In this document: piece after piece, positions 1 through 18,405 of the stretch | Layout of the letters: the number at the start of each line of letters is the position of its first letter | Position numbering within the stretch: position 1 is the first letter of the stretch | The notes under the pieces: generated by a model | The model's database searches: none | What the model saw: the letters and a program-made list of their open reading frames with translations, nothing else | Told to the model about the DNA's origin: nothing | Origin: the human T2T-CHM13v2.0 reference genome, Homo sapiens | NCBI RefSeq assembly: GCF_009914755.1 | Contig: NC_060929.1 | DNA length: 64,000 bases | Strand: one strand, 5' to 3' | Made by a program: the position numbers and the translations under genes

Positions 1-1050
<1,050 letters not shown>

Positions 1051-1129
1051 AGAAGAAATCGACTACTTTAATGTAGGCGGAAGATCCTATGGTAGAATCT
1101 CAGGTACTACAGCAATCACTGAGAAAGCT

Positions 1130-1830
1130 TTTTGGGCGGAAAGGAAAGTGAGGCTCTCGCCCGGTTTCCTCCTCTCCACGGTGGAACTGGCAGCGGCCCT
1201 GGCTGGCTGCTGAGAGCGCGGAACGGGGCGGCGTTCTGACGTTCGCGCCGGGGCCCTCTGGACGCACCGCGGGCGCAGGTCCTAGACAGCTGCATTGGCG
1301 TCCACCGCGGCCCCGGCGCTGGGAAACTGCCCTCACGCTAGGGCCCTCCCCGAGGAGCTCTCTGGCACAATCAGCCACGAGGACGAAGAGAGGGGGCACC
1401 GGAACCGCAAGCCCACTCCGAGAGGCCAGAACCTCTCTCTCGCCGTACTCCCCGGCAGGGCACGGCTCAGGGGAGACGGCGCTCTGGCACATGAAGCCCA
1501 CACCCACACGCCGCAGTGTCCCTTTCTGCCTCGATCTCCAATGGGGATGGGAGCGGCGAAAGCCTCATATCGGCCCTCCTCCGTCCCCCAATCAGCGAGC
1601 CCGCTTTGAGCACCTCACGGCCCTCCGGCTGGCGGCGCCCAATCACAGCGCTCCACATGCTGGGCGCGGCCCTGCGCGCGCACGCTACCCGACAGCCCCG
1701 CGCCCACTCGCCGCGTTCCACCCGCGGGGCGGCGGATTCCCGCAGGGGCCACACTGCCACCTACTGTCCCATCTCCAGAGCTGGAGCCACGGGCGCTCTC
1801 CCTACCATGCGGCCTCCCTGCTAAGTGCCA
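1130..1830. promoter_or_regulatory. Intragenic CpG island, promoter-like, in MRPS27 intron 2
   Basis: GC/CpG-dense non-repeat block; CCAAT boxes at 1538, 1588, 1639; ATTGG at 1294; GGGGCGG near 1225; palindrome TGCGCGCGCA at 1673-1682. Confidence 0.8.
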
Positions 1831-2439
1831 GTAGCTCAACCCAAACGCTCAAATAAAAATGAGGGAAAACAAGTAGTGTCGTCGAGTAAAACCGAAAACA
1901 ATGTCCATTTTGAAAAAAGCGGCAATAATTACCTTCCAGTACACAGTAGGAAAAAGTCTCAAAAGCTTTCTTTGTTCCAAGCAGTGTGAGTTCCAAAACA
2001 TTATTTCACCTCACACGTTTTATAGAGGGCTAAAAACAAGGGGCTTAGGGACTCCTCAGTGCACATATTTCTGAAGCACCTGCATGTCAGACGGAGAGGC
2101 AGGCATTACCATCATCTCTAATTTATAGGCACAGAAACCGAGTGTGACAGCTGAAAGCCGCAGAACTGGGACTGACACCCAGAAGTCGGCCTCCCAAGTG
2201 CAGACTTCAGCACATCATACACAAGGAAGGCACAAAGTGCTGAAAGAATATAGGGCAGGAAACATCGATTCTGACTGGAGAGATTCAGGATATACAAAGA
2301 TATTCTAGGCAGAGGGGACAGCTGTCTCGGTGGCAGGAAAAATTCAGTAAATGGTGGCTAGTACTGCTTTTCCAAGAAAACTAGTCTTAACTGAGGAAAG
2401 GGAACAAATGTCTCTATGTGATATTTACTCATTGCAGAC

Positions 2440-2726
<287 letters not shown>

Positions 2727-3249
2727 CCGCTGCAGATTATTATACTCATTATTTGGCAAACAGTTACTGCTTACTCAGGTATCCATGACAATGTTCCCTG
2801 GATTTGTGTGACTGACTATACCCAACACCAAGACACCAAACCTAGTGGCCTCATTTCCTAATCTTCCCTACATACCTAGGAAAGTGTTAATAAGCTTTCC
2901 TGGAATTCGTCATTCCCTTATCTGTACTTCACTGCACTTTGCTTATAATTCACATATGGCACATCCGAACACGCCTTGCTGTATAACTATGAGTCCATAC
3001 TGGTCTGATCACTAGAACAGTATAGTATTGGCCCTACAGAGCATTTTAGGATATGTGGAAGTTGGTCTTGATTGTCACAATGACTGAAAGGCATTACTGG
3101 CACTTAATGGACAGAAAACAGGGAATTCAGATGACCTGCAATGCTGAGACTGTCCCGTACATCAAAACACTGTCTCTAGTGGGAGCCAGGGCTGTCAGTA
3201 TGGAAGACGGGAGATACAAATATGGACTGGAGCAAGGCAAGAAGAATCC

Positions 3250-4565
3250 CATAGGGATGAACTTGGGATTGGTGTGAACTCATTATCTGCAAAATATATA
3301 TAGTATATGTATATGCATATGTGTACATGTATGTTTATGTGTATGTGCATTCATTTTTTTTCCAGAACTGTTCACTGAATGGGCCAAGAAGCAAAAATTT
3401 CACAGTAGCAAAAGGACACCTAGCACCTAGATCTTGGTTTCTAATGCCATTCCTCACCAAAAGTAACCAGAGCTCCTTGGAGAAATGGTTGATTCCAGGG
3501 CTAGGCCAGGAAGGGTACACAGTGAGCCTGAAACACCTTGTTATATGAGAGAAAGTAAGTTATCAAAAAAGAGGGGGGTGGGGGAAAATGGAAGCCAGCT
3601 TGAAAGGGCTTCTATCAGCCAAGTCTGGGATATTTAGACCACCAAAATAATTGAGAAGGGTAATGAATCATTTAAAAAATTCACAAATTGATGATTTAAA
3701 CATAATGCATGATAATAAACAGATAAATGAGAAAGAAATGAGAGAAAAGGAAGAGTTCTTGCTTATAGTAGAATACTGAGTGTTAGCTAGTAAATCTGGA
3801 GAAATTTTCAGAGTTGGAAAATCATTACTTTGCAACCATTATAGTAAAGATTGATTCAGGCTAAAGCCATGAATGGATGCCAAATCTAAGAGCAAACTTT
3901 TGATAAACAACATATTTGCATTACATTAAAGTCTCTCTCCGAGAATAGCCTATTAATCAGAAGGGAGAAAAACAGTAACTCTGCAGTGGAGAAATCAGAC
4001 ACAGTTGACTAGGTGATCAAAACTGACATCACCAGTGAAGGCATATGATATCAGGTATGTCCACATGTGATACCCTGGCAGGGGCACAACATCACTGAGA
4101 GTATTCTGGCTGGGGAAGCATAACAATGAGAAAATAGCAGAAAAATCCAAGAAAGAGGAATATTCTATTTAAAAAAAGAGATTGGGTTCTTTAAAAATAT
4201 ATAGGACAATGTCATAAGAAACAAAGAAAGGATAAGGAACTATGATTCTAGACAGCATCCTGTACTGGAAGAGGAAAAATGCTATGAGAGACCCTATTAT
4301 TGGGTCAATTCCCAAAACTGGGATATGAATAGTAAAGTATTATATTAATGTCAAAATTTCCGAAGTTGGTAACTGTGCTATGATTATACAATAGAATGTC
4401 CTTATCTCAGGTAATGTACATTGAAGTATTCAGGATAAAGAGCTATAATATATGAAACAAACTCCCAAATGATTAAAGAAAGTGTGTATACAGGGGGAAG
4501 GAGGAGAGAGAAAGCAAAAACAAATGAATCAAAATGGTAACGACAGGTGAACATGAGTAAAAGTA
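3250..4565 (+). mobile_element. Old L1MC/ME-type fragment
   Basis: A-rich degenerate L1 3' sequence with a (TA/TG)-rich tract at ~3295-3348. Confidence 0.55.
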
Positions 4566-4569
4566 GCGC

Positions 4570-4971
4570 TGTGGTTTAAATATTTGTCTCCTCTGAAACT
4601 CATGTTGAAATTTAATCCCCAGTGTAACAGTTTTGAGAGGCCAGTGGATCATAAGGGCTCTCCTCTGATGAATGAATTAATCCATTCATGGACTAATGGG
4701 TTAATGGATTGATGGGTTATCACGGAAGTGGGACTGGTGGCTTCATAAGAGGAAGAGAGACCTGAGCTAGCATGCTCAGCCCCCTCGCCATGTGATGCTC
4801 TGAGCCACCTCAGGACTCTGAATAGTCCTCACCAGCAGGAAGGCTCTCACCAGATGCCACCCCTCAACGCTGGCCTTCTCAGACTCTCTAACTGTAAGAA
4901 ATAAATTCGTTTTCTTGATAAATGATCCAGTTTCAGGTATTGTTATAAACAACAGAAAACAAACTAAGACA
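4570..4971 (+). mobile_element. MaLR solo LTR (MST-type)
   Basis: Begins tgtggtttaaat...aaactcatgttgaaatttaatcccc, ends actaagaca; internal aataaa. Confidence 0.85.
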
Positions 4972-5019
4972 GATATAGAGGAGTTCTTTGCAGTTTTTAT
5001 AAGTTTAAAATTATTTCCC

Positions 5020-5349
<330 letters not shown>

Positions 5350-5789
5350 TTAAAAAAATTTGCCATGTCATTTGTGACATAATTATACCATCAAAAACAA
5401 CCTGTTTATCATTAATGGAACTAACTCCATTTTTCATATAAGCAAAGTTTTTTTTATGGAAAATAAGGTGAATTTTGCAACTCTATATTGAGGGAAGACA
5501 TACCTTTGAATCAATCAGAACTTTACCAAGAGTTGTTCATTCTATAAATAAAATTATGTCATTATGATAGCGCCACTCCTGGTATTTGAATTTGCCAGTA
5601 TACCGCATCTCTACCCATCTACACTTCTTCCATGTCTATAATTATTCCACATTTATATGCAATATTTACCTGCTTCATTGTTTCTTACTGTAGTTTTGCC
5701 TGGACATTTGTTTACAAATTGAAATACATATTGTTTAAGTTACTTCCCCTTTGTTTCTCCTCTGTATCGTGGCGAAGGAATCATACTGA

Positions 5790-6085
<296 letters not shown>

Positions 6086-7123
6086 ATATACTGGTTTTTA
6101 AAACAGTAAGTATAGATAGATTATATTAACTATGAATTTAGTTTCAAGATGGCAAAAGAAGAGTATGATAAAGTACTTGTTATAAGAAGGCTACCCTGGG
6201 CCTCTTATAGACAGAATGAGACTGTAAGTTTCTCATGGAGAAGCTGCGATTACTTATCTTCAGATCTTCCACAGCTCTGCTTCAGCTGGCCTGTGCACAT
6301 ACACCCATCTCAGAGCTCACAGCCAACTCTGCTTGTGCAATCACATCATCAGTAAAGAAAAGGATGAGATCTTTGAAAATCCCAATAAGGTAGCCATTAG
6401 AGACAGCAATGTCTCCTGCACTTATGGGAAAAATCCATAAACACAGGGGACTTTATTCTTAACTGACATAAGCCCAAAACACAGCTAAAGAAATCTGGGG
6501 GAATATATTAGATCAGCATAGGAATTGATCCAAAAATTACATCAGTCTCATAAAACTATCACCAATCTATTTATTTTATTAATGTTCCGATGATGTTATA
6601 TATACCAAAGGGCAGGCAGTACCAAAAGTCTAAAGTATGCACATTTTTAAAAACTGCTCATTGAGTCAGTGATTTCTTTTGGGGCTTGGTATTTTACAAA
6701 AGAAAGGCTGTTGTCTGTGTAATATGACATAGGGAACAGGAGAAAAGAAAGTATAATTATAAGCCCAAAGCCTGGGAAGATGTTAACCAACTATTTCTCT
6801 AAACAGCTTACATGAGATTGTAACATTGCCTTCAAACCTGTCACCTGGTAATGAAATAGAGAAGAGTCAAAAAGGGCTCTGAAGACCACAAGAGGAGTTA
6901 AGAAAATAAAGAGACTGACAATAAGACAGGATGAAATATAAAATACGAAATTCTGTAAAACAGGCTGCATGAAAACCATATGGTAAAAATGGACAAAAAA
7001 CAGAAGAAAGGAACTGTTTACATATTCTAAGGAGACTAATCATGGAGGCAAAAATGAAATATTAGAAATGAACAGGATAAAACTGATTTTGCCATGTATA
7101 AAAGTCTAACTCTTTAAGACTTA

Positions 7124-7342
<219 letters not shown>

Positions 7343-7567
7343 TTATTTCAACACACATGGTTTTACAAGAGGTTCATTTTATATGTTTTATTAAATATAT
7401 CTTCACTATCCTTTCAACTACTAGATTATATATTTTAAATAATCTAATACAGTACAGCAACCAATATCGCATAGTTGACAATTCAGTGAAGAACAAAATG
7501 CATTCAACCCCTAACAAGTGAAGATGCAGAAAAACAGGATTTTCACAATAATTTTTTAAATAAAATA

Positions 7568-7856
7568 AACAGGGTCTTGCTATAATGCCCAGGCTGGAAT
7601 GCAGTAGCTATTCACAGGCACAATCCCACTACTGATCGGCACAGGAATTTTGATGTGCTCAGTTTCCAACCTGGTTCACCCTTCCTGAAGCAACCTGGTA
7701 GTTCCCTGCTCCTGGAACGTCAATCATCCTATCGATGCCAAACTTAGTGTGGACACTTGATCGGTATTGTGCACTACAGCCCAGAACTCCTGGGTGATCC
7801 TCCTGCCTCAGCCTCCCAAGTAGTTAGCATTACAGACACATACCACTGCGCTATGC
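7568..7856 (-). pseudogene. RN7SL153P: Full-length 7SL (SRP) RNA retropseudogene
   Basis: The reverse complement contains both the Alu domain and the 7SL-specific S domain (gtgtccacactaagtttggcatc; ccaggttgcttcaggaagggtgaacc; gatcagtagtgggattgtgcctgtgaatagc). The family call is from sequence; the specific symbol is from memory of the locus and is less certain. Confidence 0.9.
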
Positions 7857-8264
7857 CCATAATTTTATGGATAAAACTGCTAATTTTGTTCCTATAACTT
7901 TAAGACTAGGAGCCACTTGTTGCTAGTAAATTATAATCCAGGCAAGCCCTAGAACACCTTCTTAGAACCAAAAACACCTGCTGACTGTTGCTTAACTCAT
8001 TAATTAAATGCTTTATAATTATTATGCCTAAAAAACATTTTCATCTTAGATCCACAGGTTTCAATCATTTCACATAAAGCAAGGAGTAGTATCTTACCCA
8101 ATGAGCCAGCACCCTAGTGGTAAATTAAAGAAACTCACAAAGCCAAAGCTGAGGTAACGTACAAGATAGCATACCACTATTCCTAGCTCCTGGCACAATG
8201 CCTAGCCTTTGGCAGTGTTTAACAAACATGAGCTCAAGGAGTGAATGAGAAAGAATGAATGGCA

Positions 8265-10215
<1,951 letters not shown>

Positions 10216-10541
10216 ACAGAAAAAATGACAGATAATTATGCTGAGGTCACAGCAGACCAAAAGCCCAACACAACTAGATAGCATGGGGGCTGATTAAACA
10301 CAGTATTGGAATGCTGTTTTTATTCTCTACCTACTTTCCAGCTCAAACAAATAAACAAATACAAACACATCTGTGTGAATTTATACACAGTTCATTCTCT
10401 TACTGTGAACACAGATCTTTACTAGAATAATATATCTAAATTTGAGTTCTACAAATTAAATAATGAGGCAACAATAAGGTTTCCAAAGACGCTTTCAAAA
10501 GGAGAACTAAGAAAAGACTATAATTATTTAAATTAATTTCC

Positions 10542-10972
<431 letters not shown>

Positions 10973-11505
10973 AGGGGGATGGTTCTAGAATACCCCCTCA
11001 AATACCAAAATCTGAGAATGCAGAAGTCTCTTACATAAAATTGCACAGTATTTGCAAATAACCCACAAACATCCTCCTGCATTACTTTAAGCTGGGGTGT
11101 CCATTTTTTTGGCTTCCCTGGTCACATTGGAAGAAGAACAATTGTCTTGGGCCACACATACATAAACTACACTAACACTAATGATAGCTGATGGGCAAAC
11201 AAACAAAACAAAAAATGCTAAAAATCTCCTAATATTTTAGTTAAGTTTACAAATTTGTGTTGGGCCACATTCAAAACTGTCCTGGGCTGAGGGTTGGACA
11301 AGCTGCTTTAAGTCATTTGTAGATTACTTATAATACCTAACACAATGTAAACGCAATGTAAGTGGTTGTCATGTTGTATTTTCTTTGTATTATTTTACTG
11401 TTGTATTATTTTTTATTGTTAGTTTTTGTTTTGTTTTGTAGTATTTTGATCCGCTGTTGGTTGACTCTGCAGATGCAGAATGCTCGGATAAGGAAGCCAA
11501 CTGTA
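10973..11505. mobile_element. MER2-like (Tigger) DNA transposon relic with nested MER30-like (hAT) element at ~11092-11305
   Basis: MER2-like ggggatggttctagaataccccc...ccaactgta; MER30-like ggggtgtcca...ggcttccctgg...gggttggacaagc flanked by duplicated ctttaag. Confidence 0.75.
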
Positions 11506-11681
11506 CTCCCGCATACCAGCTACTTGCTTACTCTCTATTTATTATCTGTTATTCTCTATGCCTTCATTCTAGCATATGCTTCATTCTAGCATAAGTAATC
11601 ACCTTTCTACATTCTGGAGTCAGGACAATATCTAGATCATTGCTCAAGAGTTCTGAACTGGGAGATTAAAAAGCTGGGCCA

Positions 11682-12077
<396 letters not shown>

Positions 12078-12645
12078 TTACTAAGGTGTCAAGCGTTGTG
12101 CATAACACTGCCTAATGTGTGACATTAAACGTTTTCACCAGGTCAGCCACTTAATCTTCAGAAAACTGGTGGCCAACTCTGAGGTTTCACATTGACGTTT
12201 AATGGCTGTTCCTAAAGAAGTGCGTGCTTTTTAAAAAAATAGAGGATGGGAGGTAGGTTGGAAAGGGAAGATAAGCGGCAATGGAAAAATCGAGTGTGAT
12301 TATTGCATTTTTATCAAATATGTCTGTCTGGATTATGTGGTTAGAATCACTGCAAATTTGGCTTCTATAAATACTTTAAAACTTTTTTCCAATGTTTTCA
12401 TTATCAGATCCACTATGCAGGCTTTGAGTGGGCTGCCATTTAGTTCAGATATCAAAGTATTTTACAAGTAACTAATAGCATTTATTATCTACACGTGGAA
12501 AACTATAGCAAAGAAAGGTCAATCAAAAGTTGTGCTCTAGGTCATCAGATAAAATGAGATTAATACTGAAAAATTCTTCCACGAAGACCAGGGGTCCAGC
12601 TAAATGTGTGGTGGTGGGAAAAATGTTTATCTGACGTCCCTCTAA

Positions 12646-13679
<1,034 letters not shown>

Positions 13680-13895
13680 GTATCCGCGGCTTTAGCCTAG
13701 GGAAGGAGGGGAGGGATGGGAGAGAAGGGAGTGTTAGATCCCAGCTAGCATCTCTGTGGAGCAGCCACAGCTCCTAAGTCACTCACTGGCCTGGAGCGCA
13801 CCCTCGCCCTCTAGTTGCACGTGGGTGCAGTGGTGACCACTGGGGGTCGTGGATACCCCCAGTGCCTGCAAATCGAAGGACTGCTGGGGTATTGA

Positions 13896-14327
<432 letters not shown>

Positions 14328-14439
14328 TAACAATCTAAAAGACTTAACGGCACGTTTCTTCATTTTTCAAAACTATCCTCTAACATCTCTATGAAGAGAG
14401 TTAAATCTGAAGATGCTAGTGAGTGATAGTAAAAATGTT

Positions 14440-14650
14440 TGTCAGGCATTACTTTAATGTAGTTTACATACATTAATTCCTTTTCTCTAGACAACACCCA
14501 GCAAGAGAAGTACCATTCTTTTCTCCATTTACAGAGGAGGAACAAGGTTAAGTAATTTGCCCAAAGTCAGAGGGAACTGTTAGAGGTGGGATTTGAACAC
14601 ACCCAACAATAGAAACCTGCTCCTAACCACTTCACTGGACTGCCTTTCTG
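14440..14650. mobile_element. MIR
   Basis: Core ccatttacagaggaggaac...ggttaagtaatttgcccaaagtca...gggatttgaac. Confidence 0.7.
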
Positions 14651-15341
14651 TAAATAAATAGCAACTTTTATTGTTACCTTGTTACTGCAGCTCACAGAAC
14701 TCTGTTAGTGCGTGATTCTTCGGCCACGCTTGGTCCGTTTTATCTCATGCACAGCCAAGGATCCTAAAGAAAGGATGATGTTTCCCAAATCTACTAAGCT
14801 GTGATCAATGATTTCCATGTATCTCAAATGTATTTTGAGTCCACATCTGAGAGGCCTTAACCCCCTCATTTCACAGAGGACAAAACTGGGAGTTCCAGTG
14901 GTCATGCTGCAGCTTTTTCCACTACACTGTGCTTCTCCCTGGATAAACCAAAACTAAATATGCCTGTTTTGCATTTAAATGTTATTAGTTTTTTTTTTAA
15001 ATGCCCTTGATACCCTTAACCGATGGCAAATGCCCATTTGTACTTCAAATCCCAACTTCCTGTCAACCAGTCCCCACACAGGTTTATCACTAGCTACGGT
15101 TAATCACTAGCTTCTTTCACACACACAAATAAAACCTGTTTTGCTGAGGATTTGCATTCTCTGGTAGTTCAGAAATTGTTTTTCCCAGGATTTATATTTG
15201 TACAGTTTGTACAGTTATATTTGTACCTGTCTAATGGATTATCTATAATAGATGTTAGAGGTAATCCAGCTCTATTCATGTTATTTGCTAACTTCTAAAA
15301 CAGTCAAAATGACTTTACTTTTTTCTTTCTCTGATTTTTAG

Positions 15342-15434
15342 CTAAAAGATACCTACTTACAGATAATGTGGTGAAATTAAAAGAATTTCAACAAAAGAAA
15401 GTGGCTGTTGCATGTAATCTTTCTGGCACTAAAG
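15342..15434 (+). CDS. PTCD2: PTCD2 exon 2 ([31 protein letters not shown])
   Basis: Pyrimidine tract + TAG acceptor, donor AAG|GTAATA; 93 nt, phase 1-1. Confidence 0.96.
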
Positions 15435-16040
15435 GTAATAGAATCTATTTTGTTAATTCTGTCATTTATCTGTCATTTAAGTTTCTCTGTCTTTATCCCT
15501 ATTCAGTGTCTCCTTCAGTGACTTTATTATGCCTTAGAAAAAGTTGAGACCATTTATTGTTAGTTTCATAGTGAACTCTTATATTTATCTTGCATTTCAT
15601 ACTTTGCTGCTACAACGTCTACAGCTCTCCTCTTATTCCTTCTCTTACGATCCCAGAGAAGTATTAAAGCTAGTGCTGCGATTGGTCTTGTCTAAATCTG
15701 TGCCATTAAAAGTGAGGTTTGAGGACCAGCGGCATCAGCATCTATTGGGTGGTTGATAGAAGTGCAGAGAGAAAGGCCCCAGATCATTCATATGCACAAT
15801 AAAGTTTAAAAACTTCAGATGATTGGCTTTCAAACTTTTTGATGTAACCTTCAGTGAAAAATGCATTTTATGTTGCATCTCAGTACACACAAACATATCT
15901 ATATATAAATGAAATCAAATGAAACAAAACAGTACTATGTGTGATGATACATTTGGTATTTTTCACTCTGTGCTAGAAAAGTCAGTAGGATCAAAAATTT
16001 CTTAAAAAACAAGAGAAACCTGACTACCAAACCTAGGATT

Positions 16041-16328
16041 TGGCTGGGCATGATGGCTCATGCCTGTAACTCCAGCACTTTGGGAGGCCAAGGCAGGAGG
16101 ATTGCTTGAGCCAGGGAGTTTGAGATCAGCCTGAGCAGCGTAGACCTCATCTCTACAAATTTTTTTAAAGTTAGTTGGGCGTGGTGGTGCATGCCTGTAG
16201 TCACAGCTACTCCAGGGACTGAGGTGGGAGGATTGCTTGAGCCTGGGAGGTCTAAGGTGCAGTAAGCCATGATCACACCACTGCACTCCAACCTGTGTAA
16301 CAGAGTGAGACCCTGTCTCAAAAAAAAG
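16041..16328 (+). mobile_element. AluJ
   Basis: ggaggattgcttgagcc in both arms. Confidence 0.9.
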
Positions 16329-16819
16329 ATAAATCTGGGATTTGCTTTGAAAAAAAATCCAGTGTGTTTGAGGATTGTAGTGTAGAGGAAACATAATTAG
16401 CAAAATATTGATAATGATTGAGGCTGGGTAATGGCACTTAGTGAGGGGGATTATTATCCTGTTCTTTCATTTCTTGGGTATGTTTGAAAATTTTTGTTAT
16501 AAAAAGCTACAAACAAGAACACCACCCTAGGTCTTTTTCCCTTTCAGCACCTGAAAAATCTTGTGCATTCATTCTCTCCCTCCTGCACATAGAGTTCTTC
16601 CCAGCATTTCATACCTTTTATTGTGTGTGGATGCAGCAGTGGTCCCTGGGGGTTGTGGATATACCTCCTTGATCCTCCTTTATGAACACATCTAAGACTT
16701 TCCTTTTTTTTTTAATAACTCTTGGTGTCCCTACTGACTTTTTCAACCATAGACCCAGCTCTCCTTCCTCTCACTGCCAGATGTTTGTGAGCTCCTGATT
16801 AACACATTAACATTCTCTT

Positions 16820-17105
16820 TGTTTTGGTTTGTTTTTTAAGAGACAGTCTCGCTCTGTCACCTAGGCTGGAGTGCAGTTGGCACCATCATAGCTCGCTGCA
16901 GCCTCAAACTCTTGGATTCAAGCAATCCTGCTTTAGCCTCCTGAGTAACTAGGACTACAGTGCCACCATACCGCCTAATTTTTAATTTTTAATTTTTTTT
17001 TGTAGAGATGGTCTCACTGTGTTGAGGCTGGTCTCGAACTCCCAGGCTCAAGCTAGTATCCCGCCTCAGTCTCCTAAAGTACAAGCGTGAGCCACTGCAC
17101 CCATC
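16820..17105 (-). mobile_element. AluJ
   Basis: Diverged reverse-complement dimer. Confidence 0.88.
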
Positions 17106-18042
17106 CTGATACTTTCTGCCTCCATTCCCTCACAATTCAGTCCTCCAGAAATCAATGTTCTCTCGCTGCTCCGCTAATCATACTGTTATATAATACCATA
17201 TAGGGGGCAAAAAAATAAACCTTTGGAATGGGGGGAATATATTTATCCCCAGTTGAGTAGGCTCAATCTAGATTTCACTTCAGTCTTTTCTTTCTACCCA
17301 GGTATTTTAGATCTATGTGAGGTTTGCAGTTAGGGCTTCATGTCATCCAGTTGTGATTTCCAGTTGTCATAGTCTTCATAAGTCTGTGGCAGTTGTGTAC
17401 ATGTTCTGAAAGGCAATTAATATAATCAGTGCCAATCTGCTCTATTGTCAGACTGATATGTTTAAAGTCCTGTCAACCTTTCATCATTTTGAGAGCCCAC
17501 AGTGGTACTCTGTTGTATACCACACTATTAACATACTCATCTCTCTGGCATCCTGGCTCTCCCGTGATGGACTCCGCCCTTTCTAGGGCGGTTTCTGGTT
17601 GATCTAGTCACAGCTTTTCCCTCCACACCTGTCATTCCCAGTTCTGTTCTGTTGCTCATGCTGATTTCCTTACCTAGAATATCCCCCTCCTCCATTTCTC
17701 CAACCTGATTTCAGCCCTTTCCTTTCTCACTGGTACCCCTCCACTTTCACCAACCTGGTCTGTTCTGAGTCATAATAGTAAAGGTTGTAACAGGACTCTT
17801 CTGTCCACTCTGAGTTGTAATAGGTGTCGTAACAGGACAGAAGAGTCTTATTATGTTTATAGTATTCATGTGTCACCTCCTCCATCATTGTTTTCAGGTA
17901 GCTTTGTATAAATTTAGCTTGCCCTCCCCAAAATGCTTTTAAGTTCTTTGAGGGCAGGAACTATTCCTTACGCTTCTTGGTGTCTCACACACAAAGAAGG
18001 ATACTTCCGAGTATGATTATATGATAAACAAATGTTGATTGA

Positions 18043-18405
<363 letters not shown>

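Noticed and set aside
1100-1856. Six or more overlapping ORFs of 74-135 aa in the CpG island
   Set aside because: Expected from stop-codon scarcity in GC-rich DNA; low-complexity Pro/Arg/Ala peptides with no recognisable domain
12123-12204. 10-bp inverted repeat cattaaacgt / acgtttaatg
   Set aside because: With a ~60-nt spacer, several such matches are expected by chance in 64 kb
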